Of a stretch of DNA of 40,688 bases, positions 17,135 to 26,396 are shown one piece after another. The position numbers were made by a program, and so were the translations under genes. Where the stretch lies: contig CANGMU010000001.1 of NCBI GenBank assembly GCA_947454665.1, forward strand, positions 1-40,688, written 5' to 3'. The DNA is from Pseudomonadota bacterium. GTDB taxonomy: Bacteria; Pseudomonadota; Gammaproteobacteria; Steroidobacterales; Steroidobacteraceae. Position 1 is the first letter of the stretch. The number at the start of each line of letters is the position of its first letter. Below the pieces are notes generated by a model that saw nothing but the letters and a program-made list of their open reading frames with translations, made no database searches and was not told the DNA's origin.

Positions 17135-17989
17135 TCAGCCTGACTCGGCTTCCTCGCGGCGTCGCTGCCGCTCCTCGGCTTCGAGTCGCTCGTCTTCGAT
17201 GACCTCGAGAACCGCGGCCACGTCCGCCACATGCTCGTCGCGTTCGAAACGCCCCGTCAGGGGTGACTCCGGCTGCAGCACGCCCTCTTCGTAAAGCGCC
17301 CAGATCTCATGGGCGTACTCCGTTTCCAGCAGTTCCGGCGCCGCCCGTCCGCAGTATTCGCGCATGTTGTTCACGTCACGCTCGAGCATGCGGAAGGCGT
17401 TGTTGTTGCCAGCAGCGTTCACCGCCTGCGGCAGGTCGATGATGACCGGGCCGGTCGCATCGAGCAGCACGTTGAATTCGGACAGGTCGCCGTGGATGAG
17501 GCCTTCGCAGAGCATGAGGACGATCTGGCGCACGAGAAAGGCATGCCACTGGCGGGCCTGCTCGGGTTCGGGCATCACATCATTCAGGCGCGGGGCGGGA
17601 TTGCCCTCGGCATCGCGCACCACCTCCATCAACAGCACGCCATCGAATACGCCGTAGGGCTTTGGCACGCGCACGCCGGCCGCGGCAAGACGGTAGAGGG
17701 CCTCAACTTCCGCACTCTTCCACTCGGCTTCCTGAACGCTGCGGCCGTGCCGACCGCCCTTGCCCAAGGCCCGTGCATCGCGACTGCCGCGCACCTTGCG
17801 ACCTTCCTGGTATTCGGCGAGCTTGTGGAAGCCGCGATGGTTGGCGTCCTTGTAGACCTTGGCGCAGAGGATTTCATCGCCGCGGGCCACGAGAAAGACC
17901 GAAGCCTCCTTGCCACTCTTGAGCCGACGGATGACGGTATCGACGATGCCGTCTTCGATGAGCGGCTGCAGTTCGCGAGGGGACTTCAT
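17135..17989 (-). CDS. RIO1-like serine protein kinase (bacterial PA4780-type)
   Basis: Motifs SGKEASVF (P-loop-like), CAKVYK, LIHGDLSEFNVL (catalytic loop) and IIDLPQAV (metal-binding), followed by an acidic C-terminal tail. Confidence 0.85.
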   Translation of the reverse strand: MKSPRELQPLIEDGIVDTVIRRLKSGKEASVFLVARGDEILCAKVYKDANHRGFHKLAEYQEGRKVRGSRDARALGKGGRHGRSVQEAEWKSAEVEALYRLAAAGVRVPKPYGVFDGVLLMEVVRDAEGNPAPRLNDVMPEPEQARQWHAFLVRQIVLMLCEGLIHGDLSEFNVLLDATGPVIIDLPQAVNAAGNNNAFRMLERDVNNMREYCGRAAPELLETEYAHEIWALYEEGVLQPESPLTGRFERDEHVADVAAVLEVIEDERLEAEERQRRREEAESG

Positions 17990-18031
17990 GTCCCGTTAGT
18001 GTAGTCCACTGCGCGCAGCGACTCGTGGCGC

Positions 18032-18352
18032 TTAACCCTGGCTGACGGGCGTCTCCACGCGCAGGCCTTCCAGGCCCGAATCCACGCGGACCTGGCAGGA
18101 GAGCCGGGAATTCGGTCGACGCTGTTCGATACGGGCGAGCAGCGCGGCTTCCTTGTCACGCACCGGATTCAGCCGATCCACGAAGGCCTCGTCGATATAG
18201 ACGTGGCAGGTGGCGCAGACACAGAAGCCGCAGCACATCGCGGTGATGCCGGGGACATCATTGAGGCGCGCCGCTTCCATCAGCGAGCGGCCGGCCTCGG
18301 CGTTCACCGCTCGGGCGATGCCCGCGGCATCGACGAAGGTCACATCAGGCAT
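18032..18352 (-). CDS. 2Fe-2S ferredoxin (adrenodoxin/putidaredoxin type)
   Basis: 106 aa with Cys ligand pattern CCGFCVCATCH ... SRLSCQV. The start ATG lies 8 nt inside the 3' end of the upstream transporter gene (ATGCCTGA). Confidence 0.9.
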   Translation of the reverse strand: MPDVTFVDAAGIARAVNAEAGRSLMEAARLNDVPGITAMCCGFCVCATCHVYIDEAFVDRLNPVRDKEAALLARIEQRRPNSRLSCQVRVDSGLEGLRVETPVSQG

Positions 18353-19802
18353 TCGAAGCGTCCCGGATCAGCTTGCGCAGGAAGGGAATGAGGCAGGCGA
18401 GCACCAGGCCCACCACGACGCCACCCAGCCCCAGGCTGCCGAAATTGCTCGCATAGGCCGGGTTCGTGGCCATGGCCGTGGTCCCAGCGGGATCGGGAAC
18501 CATGCCGGAGAAATCGCCGGCGAACAACGATGCCACGCCCGTCACCAGCATCCAGCTGCCCATCATGATGCCCTGGTACTGGCGCGGTGCCAGCTTGCCG
18601 ATCATGGCGTAACCCACGGGCGAGATCAGCAGCTCACCCAGGCTCTGCAGGACATAGCTCAGGAACAGCCATTCGAAGCCGACCAGACCGCGGCTGTCCG
18701 CGAAGGAGATGCCCAGCGGCAACACCAGGAAGCCGAGCCCGATGAGGATGAGCGCGACCGCGAACTGCCGAGGTATGTCGATGTTCCAGCCACGCCGACG
18801 CAAGCGACCAAACAGCAGGGCAAGCAGCGGACCACCGATGACGATCACGGCAGCGTTGATGTTCTGGATCCATTGCGGGGCCACTTCCCAGCCCCAGACG
18901 ATGCGATCGACGTTATGGACGGCAAAGAGCTGCAGGCCGTTGGGCGCCATCTGGTACAGCGACCAGAAAACCAGCGAACCGAAGGTGAGGATCAGGTAGG
19001 CCCACATGTTGTTCCGCTCGCGCGGATCCGGATGCCTGAACGTCAGGGTGATCAGGCCGAGCGCGACCGCAGCCGCCACCGTCTTGAGCGCCGTGCCGGT
19101 CGAACCGGTGTGCTTCAACATGATCCACAGCAGGGGCACGAGCGCGACCAGGATGCCGAGGCCGATGGCAAAGCGCAGACGGTACTGCGGACCCGTGGCA
19201 TCCAGCAGCGGCGTATGGCGATCGGCAAGGCTCTTCCAGAACACGACGGCAAGCAGCATGGCTGCGATGCCGCCAGACATGGCGAACAGGAACAGGTGGG
19301 TGTAATCCTGCGCCAGCTGAAAATAGCCGGCCACGGTAAAGCCCGCGAAGAAGCCGATGTTCATGCCGGCGTAGTTCCACAGGAAAGCGCCCTCGCGGCG
19401 GGTGTCCTCCGGGGCATAACGCTGCGTGAGCATCATGTTGAGGCAGGTCACGTTGAGCCCGCTGCCAGTGAGGAACAGGGCCAGTCCCCAGTACAGCCAC
19501 GCCGCGCCGCCGGCTGCGAGGCAGGCACAACCCAATACCTGCAGGACCATGCCGCCGACGAAGAGGTTGCGGTTGCTGAGGAAACGACCGCCCAGATATC
19601 CACCGAAGAGGTGCAGTCCGTAATTAAAGGCGCCGAACACACCCATGATGGCCGAGGCATCCTTCGCGCTGAATCCGAGCCGCTGCGTGGCATACAGCAC
19701 AAGCGTGGAATACAGCACGGCAAACGCGAGCGTTGCGAAGACCTGGATGAAGAACAGCGCACCGGCCCCGTCAACGAAGACGGGCGAACGATTCTTGGAC
19801 AA
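18345..19802 (-). CDS. POT/PTR2-family MFS transporter (divergent, no ExxER motif seen)
   Basis: The PTR2-like second half reads SYVLQSLGELLISPVGYAMIGKLAP...MGSWML. Start is proposed at TTG 19800-19802 (AGGGGG 6 nt upstream, gives MSKNRSPVF...); the ORF-track start at 19919 is the alternative. Confidence 0.83.
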   Translation of the reverse strand: MSKNRSPVFVDGAGALFFIQVFATLAFAVLYSTLVLYATQRLGFSAKDASAIMGVFGAFNYGLHLFGGYLGGRFLSNRNLFVGGMVLQVLGCACLAAGGAAWLYWGLALFLTGSGLNVTCLNMMLTQRYAPEDTRREGAFLWNYAGMNIGFFAGFTVAGYFQLAQDYTHLFLFAMSGGIAAMLLAVVFWKSLADRHTPLLDATGPQYRLRFAIGLGILVALVPLLWIMLKHTGSTGTALKTVAAAVALGLITLTFRHPDPRERNNMWAYLILTFGSLVFWSLYQMAPNGLQLFAVHNVDRIVWGWEVAPQWIQNINAAVIVIGGPLLALLFGRLRRRGWNIDIPRQFAVALILIGLGFLVLPLGISFADSRGLVGFEWLFLSYVLQSLGELLISPVGYAMIGKLAPRQYQGIMMGSWMLVTGVASLFAGDFSGMVPDPAGTTAMATNPAYASNFGSLGLGGVVVGLVLACLIPFLRKLIRDASNA

Positions 19803-19858
19803 GCGGAGCCCCCTGGCAGGTTCGACAGGCCGGCGAACTGTCGCCCGCCGGAAGCACA

Positions 19859-19864
19859 AGTATA
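19859..19864 (-). promoter_or_regulatory. candidate -10 box (TATACT) for the POT transporter/ferredoxin pair
   Basis: The minus strand reads ggCCTATACTtgtg, 56 nt upstream of the proposed TTG start. No convincing -35 element. Confidence 0.3.
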
Positions 19865-19958
19865 GGCCGCGGTCTATCGGAGAGGACGCGGGATGGGGAT
19901 TCGTTGCAAGATCGGACACCGGCGCCGGGGGTGGTCGCCGAAGAAAAAAAGGAAAGCC

Positions 19959-20855
19959 ATGTCACGCGCTGTCTGCTTCCGACTTTTGGCTCTGCTTGCC
20001 GTCGCACTATCCAGCGGCCCTGCGCACGCGGAGAGCTGGCAAGGTACCGGCGACATGCCGCTCGACTACCGGGCCTATGTCAGGGATTTCAATACCGGGG
20101 ATGACCGCGGCCTGGTGGAGAAATACTTCGCGCCCGACACGCAGATGATCAGCGGCAGTGGCGTGCGCAAGGGCCACAAGGGGATGAACGAGTTCCTGGC
20201 CTGGGCCCATGACGGCGTCCGGGAGATCATCCGCCCGCAGGTGGTGATGTGGGACAAGGACCACATCTTCGCGGAAGTGGACATGGACTTCGTCGCGTCG
20301 AAGCCGCGGCCTGATTTCACGTTCGGGGCGCTCAAGACGGGCGACATCCTCACCGTGAAGTTCTTCGCCGCATACACGGTGGTCAACGGCAAGATCACGA
20401 CCCTGAAGACGATGACCTGGAAGGCGGAAACCGGCGTGACCAAGGCACCCCGGCTCGGCAGCGAGGCGGGCCAGCGCGCGTCCTTTCTTGCGTACACGCG
20501 GGCCTTTTCCAGCGGCTTGCCGGAACAGTATTCCGCTTTCTACACGGACGACGTGAAGCTGCAGCTCAGCTCCGTCGGCACCCTCACCGGCAAGAAGGCC
20601 ATCGTCGATTTCTATACGAAGATGTTCCGCACGGTGCGCGAGGATCTGGTCGTCAACCAGATCGTCTTCGACGAGAAGGCCATCGTCGGCGACTTCGTCA
20701 GCGTCTTCACGGCCGTTGAGGATGCGCCGGACTTCGTCGTCGCCCCGCTCAAGAAGGGCGAATCGATCCGCGTGCCGGTGTTCGTGTACTACACCCTGCG
20801 CGACGGCCTGATTTCCGACATCAGGGTCGCCAGGTCCGGCGCCCCCGCTCGCTGA
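19959..20855 (+). CDS. secreted tandem SnoaL/NTF2-like domain protein
   Basis: ATG 19959 is preceded by AAAGGAAAG. Sec signal MSRAVCFRLLALLAVALSSGPAHA|E. Two ~130-aa SnoaL-like repeats are present (YRAYVRDFNTGD...VVNGKITTLK and FLAYTRAFSSG...LRDGLISDIRV). Confidence 0.8.
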   Translation: MSRAVCFRLLALLAVALSSGPAHAESWQGTGDMPLDYRAYVRDFNTGDDRGLVEKYFAPDTQMISGSGVRKGHKGMNEFLAWAHDGVREIIRPQVVMWDKDHIFAEVDMDFVASKPRPDFTFGALKTGDILTVKFFAAYTVVNGKITTLKTMTWKAETGVTKAPRLGSEAGQRASFLAYTRAFSSGLPEQYSAFYTDDVKLQLSSVGTLTGKKAIVDFYTKMFRTVREDLVVNQIVFDEKAIVGDFVSVFTAVEDAPDFVVAPLKKGESIRVPVFVYYTLRDGLISDIRVARSGAPAR

Positions 20856-20865
20856 AGGAAGCGCC

Positions 20866-22464
20866 ATGTCGTCACTCACCGCCGCGCAGGCAAGCTCGAT
20901 CGTCGCCCTGGCGACCACGCTGGGTCTCTTCTCGCTGCCCGATGCAATGGCCGCGCAACCCGCGACAGCGGTGTCGCCGGCGTCCTGCGCGGGCCTACGC
21001 GAACTGGCCACGCCGACCTATCGCGTCGACGCCAGTGACTGGGTGGCGGCCACGGAGACGGCACCGGCGCATTGCCTGTTCCGCGCCACGATCGATCCGC
21101 GCGCTTCCGGCATCGAGGATCTCAGCTATGGCACCGGCATCGAACTGCGGCTGCCCGCCGCATGGAGCGGTCGCCTGCTGTTCCAGGGTGGCGGCGGACT
21201 CAATGGCGTCATGAACCCCGCCTTCGGCAACGTCAACGGCTTTGCGTCCGCGCTCGCGCGGGGTTATGCGGTCGTGTCGACCGATGGCGGCCATCGTGGC
21301 CGCAGCGCCATCGACGTGCGCTTTGGCGTCGACCAGCAGGCTCGGCTGGATTTCGCCTATCAGGCTGTCGAACGCAGCACACGGGAAGCCAAAGGGCTGG
21401 TCACGCGGGTCTACGGCCGCAAGCCGGACCACACCTACTTCATGGGCTGTTCCACCGGTGGCCGAGAGGCCTTGCTGGCTGCACAGCGTTTGCCGCGCGA
21501 ATTCGACGGCGTGGTGGCCGGCAACGCGTCCTACAACCTCACGCGCATCGCCCTGAACCAGGCCTTCAGCCTGCAGGCTGTCACGCGCATCGCCCCGCGG
21601 GACGCGAACGGCAAGCCGGATCTCTCCCGCGCCTTTTCCGATGCCCAGCTCAAGGGTGTGGCCGACGCCGTGCTGAAGCGCTGCGATGCGCTCGACGGTC
21701 TCGCCGACGGGATCATCCACGACGCACGCGCCTGTCGCTTCGACCCGGTCGAGCAGGTGTGCGGCAAACGGAACGCGCCGGGTCCGGGAATTTGTCTCTC
21801 GCCCGCACAGGCCAACACCTTGCGCACGGTCTTCGGCGGCGCGAAGAACACTCGCGGCGAAATGCTGTACGGCGATTTCCCGTTCGACACCGGCATCGCG
21901 TCGTCCGCCTGGCGGGGCATGCACCTGGGCGCACCAGGCGGCGCCCCGGCCAATGCGACGCTCGGCAGGGACACGCTGCGACTGTTCGCGATGACCCCGG
22001 CCGCCCCCGACTTCGACATCAACCACTTCGATTTCGATCGGGACATCGAGCGCACGCGTGAGACGGCCGCCATCAATGACGCCGTGGCGACGATGCTCGA
22101 CAGCTTCGCCGGACGGGGGGCGAAGCTGATCGTCTATCAGGGGCTGTCCGACCAGGCCATTTCGCCCGGGTCGATCACCCAGTGGTATGAGCAGGTGACC
22201 CCTCGCAAATCCGAGGGTCCGCAGGATTGGGCGCGTCTGTTCCCGGTGCCCGGCATGCTCCACTGCAGCGGCGGCCAGGCGACGGATCAGTTCGACATGC
22301 TGTCCGCGATTGAGGCCTGGGTCGAAAAGGGCGTGGCGCCGGATCGCGTCGTGGCGACGGGCAAGTCCTTCCCCGGCCGATCACGCCCCCTGTGCCCCTA
22401 TCCGAAGGTGGCGCGCTATGAAGGCGGCAATCCGGAGGACGAACGCAGCTTCGCCTGTCGCTGA
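20866..22464 (+). CDS. tannase/feruloyl-esterase-family alpha/beta hydrolase
   Basis: Family signature FMGCSTGGREAL, plus LLFQGGGGLNG, STDGGHRG and multiple conserved Cys. It has an N-terminal signal-like region. It sits 10 nt after the previous gene, with an AGGAAG SD. Confidence 0.9.
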   Translation: MSSLTAAQASSIVALATTLGLFSLPDAMAAQPATAVSPASCAGLRELATPTYRVDASDWVAATETAPAHCLFRATIDPRASGIEDLSYGTGIELRLPAAWSGRLLFQGGGGLNGVMNPAFGNVNGFASALARGYAVVSTDGGHRGRSAIDVRFGVDQQARLDFAYQAVERSTREAKGLVTRVYGRKPDHTYFMGCSTGGREALLAAQRLPREFDGVVAGNASYNLTRIALNQAFSLQAVTRIAPRDANGKPDLSRAFSDAQLKGVADAVLKRCDALDGLADGIIHDARACRFDPVEQVCGKRNAPGPGICLSPAQANTLRTVFGGAKNTRGEMLYGDFPFDTGIASSAWRGMHLGAPGGAPANATLGRDTLRLFAMTPAAPDFDINHFDFDRDIERTRETAAINDAVATMLDSFAGRGAKLIVYQGLSDQAISPGSITQWYEQVTPRKSEGPQDWARLFPVPGMLHCSGGQATDQFDMLSAIEAWVEKGVAPDRVVATGKSFPGRSRPLCPYPKVARYEGGNPEDERSFACR

Positions 22465-22544
22465 GGACCTGCAACTCGCAGGGCGGTCTAGAATGCGCGG
22501 CTGCGGCTGTATTCACACCGCACCCTGCAGACCGGAGATGCACT

Positions 22545-23090
22545 GTGGCCCTCGGCGCGACGATCCATACCTTCGACATCGACCTCAGCGATGTCGATCG
22601 CGGGGTTTACCAGACCCTGAACCTGCGCGTCGCGCAGCACCCCAGCGAGTCGGCCGACTACCTGGTGACCCGCGTGCTGGCCTTCTGCCTGGAGCACGTC
22701 GAGGGCATCGAATTCTCCAAGGGACTGTCCGACCCGGATGAACCGGCCATCCTGGTGCGGGACCTGACCGGTCAGTTGCAGGCCTGGATCGAAGTGGGCC
22801 TGCCGACGGCGGACCGGCTGCACCGGGCGAGCAAGGCCGCGCCACGGGTCGTCGTGTACGCCCACAAGGACCCGGTGCAATGGGCACGCGGCATCGCCGA
22901 GGCGAAGATCCACCGGGCAGAGCAACTGGAAGTCCATGCCTTCGACCGTGACTGGATCGCCCAGGTCGTCGCGCAACTGGAGCGGCGCATGCAGTGGTCG
23001 CTGGCCCGCTCGGATTCGGAGATCTACCTCAGCCTTGGCGACATGACGCTGCAGACCGTGCTGCACAGCCCACTGGCTCCGACGCGCTGA
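22545..23090 (+). CDS. yaeQ: YaeQ family protein
   Basis: GTG start with GGAG 8 nt upstream. MALGATIHTFDIDLSDVDRGVY...LRVAQHPSES...DEPA...IEVGLP is colinear with E. coli YaeQ as recalled. Confidence 0.87.
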   Translation: MALGATIHTFDIDLSDVDRGVYQTLNLRVAQHPSESADYLVTRVLAFCLEHVEGIEFSKGLSDPDEPAILVRDLTGQLQAWIEVGLPTADRLHRASKAAPRVVVYAHKDPVQWARGIAEAKIHRAEQLEVHAFDRDWIAQVVAQLERRMQWSLARSDSEIYLSLGDMTLQTVLHSPLAPTR

Positions 23091-23108
23091 ACCGGCCGGC
23101 GGATTCGG

Positions 23109-25286
23109 ATGTACCATCGGGCCATGAGCGACCCGACCCACCAGGACGACCTGGCCTCCCGGATGCTGGCGCACGTCGCGCAGATCCATCGCCAGACGAT
23201 TGTCGAGCAATCCCCCGTCAAGGCGCTGAACCGGGTCCTGCAGGCCGTGCTGGACCTCACGGAAAGCCAGTTCGGGTTCGTCGGCGAAGTGCTCCACGAC
23301 GAGGAAGGCAAGCCCTTCCTGCGCAGTTACGCCGTCACCAACATCGGCTGGAACGAGGAAATGCGCTCGCTGTATGAGCGCTACATCACCGTGGGGCTCG
23401 ACTTTCGCAATCTCGACACGCTGTTCGGCAAGGTGTTGCGCACCGGCGAGACCCTGATCACCAACGACCCCTCGAACCACCCCGCGGCAGGCGGCCTGCC
23501 GCCTGGCCACCCACCGCTGAACAGCTTCGCCGGTATCGTCATCCACGCCGGCCAGGAAGTGGTCGGCATGTGCGGGCTGGCCAACCGGCCGGGCGGCTAT
23601 GGCGAAGCCGACGTCGAATTGATCAAACCCATCCTCAACGCGGCCGGCATGCTGATCCATGGACTGCGCGTCATGCGGGACCTCGGTGCCGCCCCCCAGC
23701 TTGCCGAGGGTGAATCAAGCCTGCGCAACGCCATGGTCGAAGCGGCCGGCGAATGCGTCGTCATCGTCGACGCACAGGGCCGGATCATTGCGTTCAACCC
23801 GGCGGCCACCGCGCGCTTCGGCTGGACCGAGTCGGAAGTCCTTGGCCTCCCGGCCAGTGCGCTGCTGGCCACCTCGGAAGACCGACCGGCCTGCGAAGCG
23901 CTGTTCAGCCATAGCACGCCTGAACCGCAGACGGCTGAATTGCATGCGGCGACGCGTGACGGCCAGGCACTTCGGATCGAGATGACGGTGGCACGGATCT
24001 CTTCGGGCGACGCGATCCGCACGGCCGCCTTCATCAAGGACATCACGACAGGACGGACTGCCGGAACGACGATGCAGAAGGGACTGAACATGCAGGAAGA
24101 GCCGCAGCGTGGAAACATGCCTTTCATCGCCATCGTCAGCCACGAGATCCGCACGCCGCTGGCCACCATCGCGAGTGCGCTGGACCTTCTGTCGGGCAAG
24201 GAACTCGATGACGAAGCCCGGGGTTACCTCGACGCGGCGCAGTCGGCCAGCGAATCGCTGATCGACCTGGTGGGCCGCGTCCTGGATTTCTCGCGGCTGG
24301 AAGCCGAAGAAGAAAGGCCCATGCAGGCCGTGCCGTTTTCGCCGGACACGCTGCTGCGGACGCTGGCCACGCAATTCAAGCCTGCGGCGGAAGCGCAGGG
24401 CCTGGGCCTCACGCTCGACTGCGGCATCGACAGCGCGCTGCTGCTCAGCGGCGACGAGATCCGAATCCGACAGATCCTCTCGAATCTCTTCAGCAACGCC
24501 ATCAAGTTCACGTCCAAGGGATCCGTCCGGATCGCGGGGCGCACGGACGTGGTGGGCGGGGGTTGGCAACGTTTGACCGTTGACGTGGTCGACACGGGCA
24601 TCGGCATCTCGGCGGAGTTCTGCGAGCGGCTCTTCGCGCAGTTCTCCCAGGCCGATACCTCCCTGTCGCGGGCCCGCAGTGGCACGGGGCTGGGCCTTGC
24701 CATCAGCCGCAGCCTTGCCACGCGCATGGGCGGCTCGCTCGAACTCATCGGCACCTCGAGCGCCGGCAGCCATTTCCAGCTGCGCCTGGACCTGCGGGTG
24801 GCCACTCCTGCCACGATCCAGCCTCAGGCCTTGCTCTCCGAGCAGCGAGCGGCCGCCTTGAACACCGAGGAGCGCGTCCAGATAAGGCGGATTCTCGCCA
24901 TCGACGACAACCTCAACAACCTGTCGCTGCTGCGCCGCCAGCTGGAGCGTTTCGGCTATGAGGTCACGACGGCCTCCAACGGCTATGACGCGCTGAGCCT
25001 GCTGGCGCTGCGCAACCATGACATCACACTGCTGGACCTGGAGATGCCGGGCATGGACGGGCTGGCGGTCGTCCGGCGTTTCCGGCAGATCGAACGGGAA
25101 GAAGGCTATGAACCTGCGCTGATCGTGGCGCTGACCGGCCATGCACCTATTGAATACCGCGCCCGCGCGCTGGAAGCCGGCATGGATGACTTCCTGACCA
25201 AGCCCTACCGCATCAAGGAACTGCTGACCCGGCTGCAGGATGTCGTCGAGGCGGCCCAGGCGAGGAAGTCGCCCGCATCACCGTGA
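23109..25286 (+). CDS. hybrid sensor histidine kinase (GAF-PAS-HisKA-HATPase-receiver)
   Basis: It has a GAF-like N-terminus and a PAS-like segment (VVIVDAQGRIIAFNPAATARFGW). The H-box is FIAIVSHEIRTPL, with an N/G boxes region (LFSNAIKFT, DTGIGI, GTGLGLAISR). The C-terminal receiver reads ILAIDDN...LLDLEMPGMDG...LTGH. No TM segment is seen. Confidence 0.9.
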   Translation: MYHRAMSDPTHQDDLASRMLAHVAQIHRQTIVEQSPVKALNRVLQAVLDLTESQFGFVGEVLHDEEGKPFLRSYAVTNIGWNEEMRSLYERYITVGLDFRNLDTLFGKVLRTGETLITNDPSNHPAAGGLPPGHPPLNSFAGIVIHAGQEVVGMCGLANRPGGYGEADVELIKPILNAAGMLIHGLRVMRDLGAAPQLAEGESSLRNAMVEAAGECVVIVDAQGRIIAFNPAATARFGWTESEVLGLPASALLATSEDRPACEALFSHSTPEPQTAELHAATRDGQALRIEMTVARISSGDAIRTAAFIKDITTGRTAGTTMQKGLNMQEEPQRGNMPFIAIVSHEIRTPLATIASALDLLSGKELDDEARGYLDAAQSASESLIDLVGRVLDFSRLEAEEERPMQAVPFSPDTLLRTLATQFKPAAEAQGLGLTLDCGIDSALLLSGDEIRIRQILSNLFSNAIKFTSKGSVRIAGRTDVVGGGWQRLTVDVVDTGIGISAEFCERLFAQFSQADTSLSRARSGTGLGLAISRSLATRMGGSLELIGTSSAGSHFQLRLDLRVATPATIQPQALLSEQRAAALNTEERVQIRRILAIDDNLNNLSLLRRQLERFGYEVTTASNGYDALSLLALRNHDITLLDLEMPGMDGLAVVRRFRQIEREEGYEPALIVALTGHAPIEYRARALEAGMDDFLTKPYRIKELLTRLQDVVEAAQARKSPASP

Positions 25287-25307
25287 CCCGTCGCGCGTCA
25301 CGGTGAT
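25277..25307. terminator. hairpin overlapping the sensor kinase stop codon, between convergent genes
   Basis: ATCACCGTGAC-ccgtcgcgc-GTCACGGTGAT forms an 11-bp stem with a 9-nt loop. The TGA stop (25284..25286) lies in the left arm. There is no U tract. Confidence 0.45.
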
Positions 25308-25327
25308 CCACGCGGGCGTCGTCGCGC

Positions 25328-26296
25328 TTACTTGTCGTCGACCGCCGCCACGTTGCGGTATTTGATCAGCCACTGGCCATCGACTTTGACGAGGTCATCG
25401 ACGCCATTGCCGGCGGCGGCGATGCGCGCGGGATCCGGCGAGGTGGCACCACCGGTCCCGAACACCGTCTGGTGGTAATAGTGATAGCGGGCCGTCGTGG
25501 GCCCCGTGAACTCCAGGTACTGGTTCATCGTGAAGTGGCGCATGGTGATCTTCTCACCCTTCGCACGACGCTCGTCCTGCCCCTTGGCCAGGTCGACGAT
25601 CATCTTGTGCAGCGCTTCCCGGCCCTTGGTCTGGCCGAAGGCACCATCCACCGTGAACAGCTTCGCGTAGGCGTCCGCGTTGGAGGTGTCGAGCATGCGG
25701 TCGTAGGTCCACATCAGCTTCTCGATCGCCGCGCGGTCTTCCGGCGTGCCGACGCGGGCAGCAGCGGGTGCAGCTGGAGCAGGCGCCGGCAGCGTGGCCG
25801 GGTCCCAGTGCTCGTCGGCCTTGCCGTTCACGAAGCGCCAGGTGTCGAACCACGTCGTCGTGTAGGACTTGGACGGATCGTCGGCGTACTTGTATTCGCG
25901 GACGGCCAGCACGGTGACGAAATCACCCTCGGCCTGCACCGCGACCACCGGGCTCGTCAGCTTCGTGCAGGTCGGCGTCGGCTTGCGCTTGGCGACGTTG
26001 ATGAAATATTCCTGCACGCCCTTGAGGCCGGAGGCGGCCATCGGGTTGTGCTGGATGTACTTGTCCGACAGCCACTCGCCGGCGCGCTCCCACTGATTGC
26101 ACTGGAGCAGCTCGCGCATGATGTGCAAGGCTGCCTGCTTGTTGCGGTGGAGCGCCTTGTCCTTGCTGTTGAACAGCGATTCCGGGTCGGGATGCGCCAC
26201 GACCGGATCGGACAGCGCGCGCATCTGCGCCGCGGCAGGCAGTGTCATCAGGACGCCGACTGCGGCGATGAAAGCCAGGCGAATTGAACGTGTCAT
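25328..26296 (-). CDS. secreted tandem NTF2/SnoaL-like domain protein
   Basis: ORF 25328..26440 was trimmed to ATG 26294-26296 (GGGGGG SD). Sec signal MTRSIRLAFIAAVGVLMTLPAAA|Q. Two NTF2-like halves are joined by a PAPAPAAPAAA linker. Confidence 0.8.
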   Translation of the reverse strand: MTRSIRLAFIAAVGVLMTLPAAAQMRALSDPVVAHPDPESLFNSKDKALHRNKQAALHIMRELLQCNQWERAGEWLSDKYIQHNPMAASGLKGVQEYFINVAKRKPTPTCTKLTSPVVAVQAEGDFVTVLAVREYKYADDPSKSYTTTWFDTWRFVNGKADEHWDPATLPAPAPAAPAAARVGTPEDRAAIEKLMWTYDRMLDTSNADAYAKLFTVDGAFGQTKGREALHKMIVDLAKGQDERRAKGEKITMRHFTMNQYLEFTGPTTARYHYYHQTVFGTGGATSPDPARIAAAGNGVDDLVKVDGQWLIKYRNVAAVDDK

Positions 26297-26396
26297 CGGA
26301 AAACCCCCCGTTGATCTTGTAGATTCGACCCCTCGAGCATCCACTACCCGCCGGCGATTCTCAAATCGTCGAGGGTTCCACGCTGAGGGTTCAACC

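Noticed and set aside
19944-19950. An A7 run just upstream of the 19959 start codon, considered as a possible slippage or phase-variation tract.
   Set aside because: It lies in the untranslated leader and is part of the purine-rich SD context (AAAAAAAGGAAAG). It is too short, and there is no evidence of variability.
14523-22464. The temptation to call the GQSCG hydrolase and the tannase-family enzyme a PETase/MHETase-like pair.
   Set aside because: The resemblance is only at the level of general fold and motifs (GxSxGG, GCSTGG). The two genes are 4.5 kb apart in different units. No substrate-specific residues can be verified by eye.
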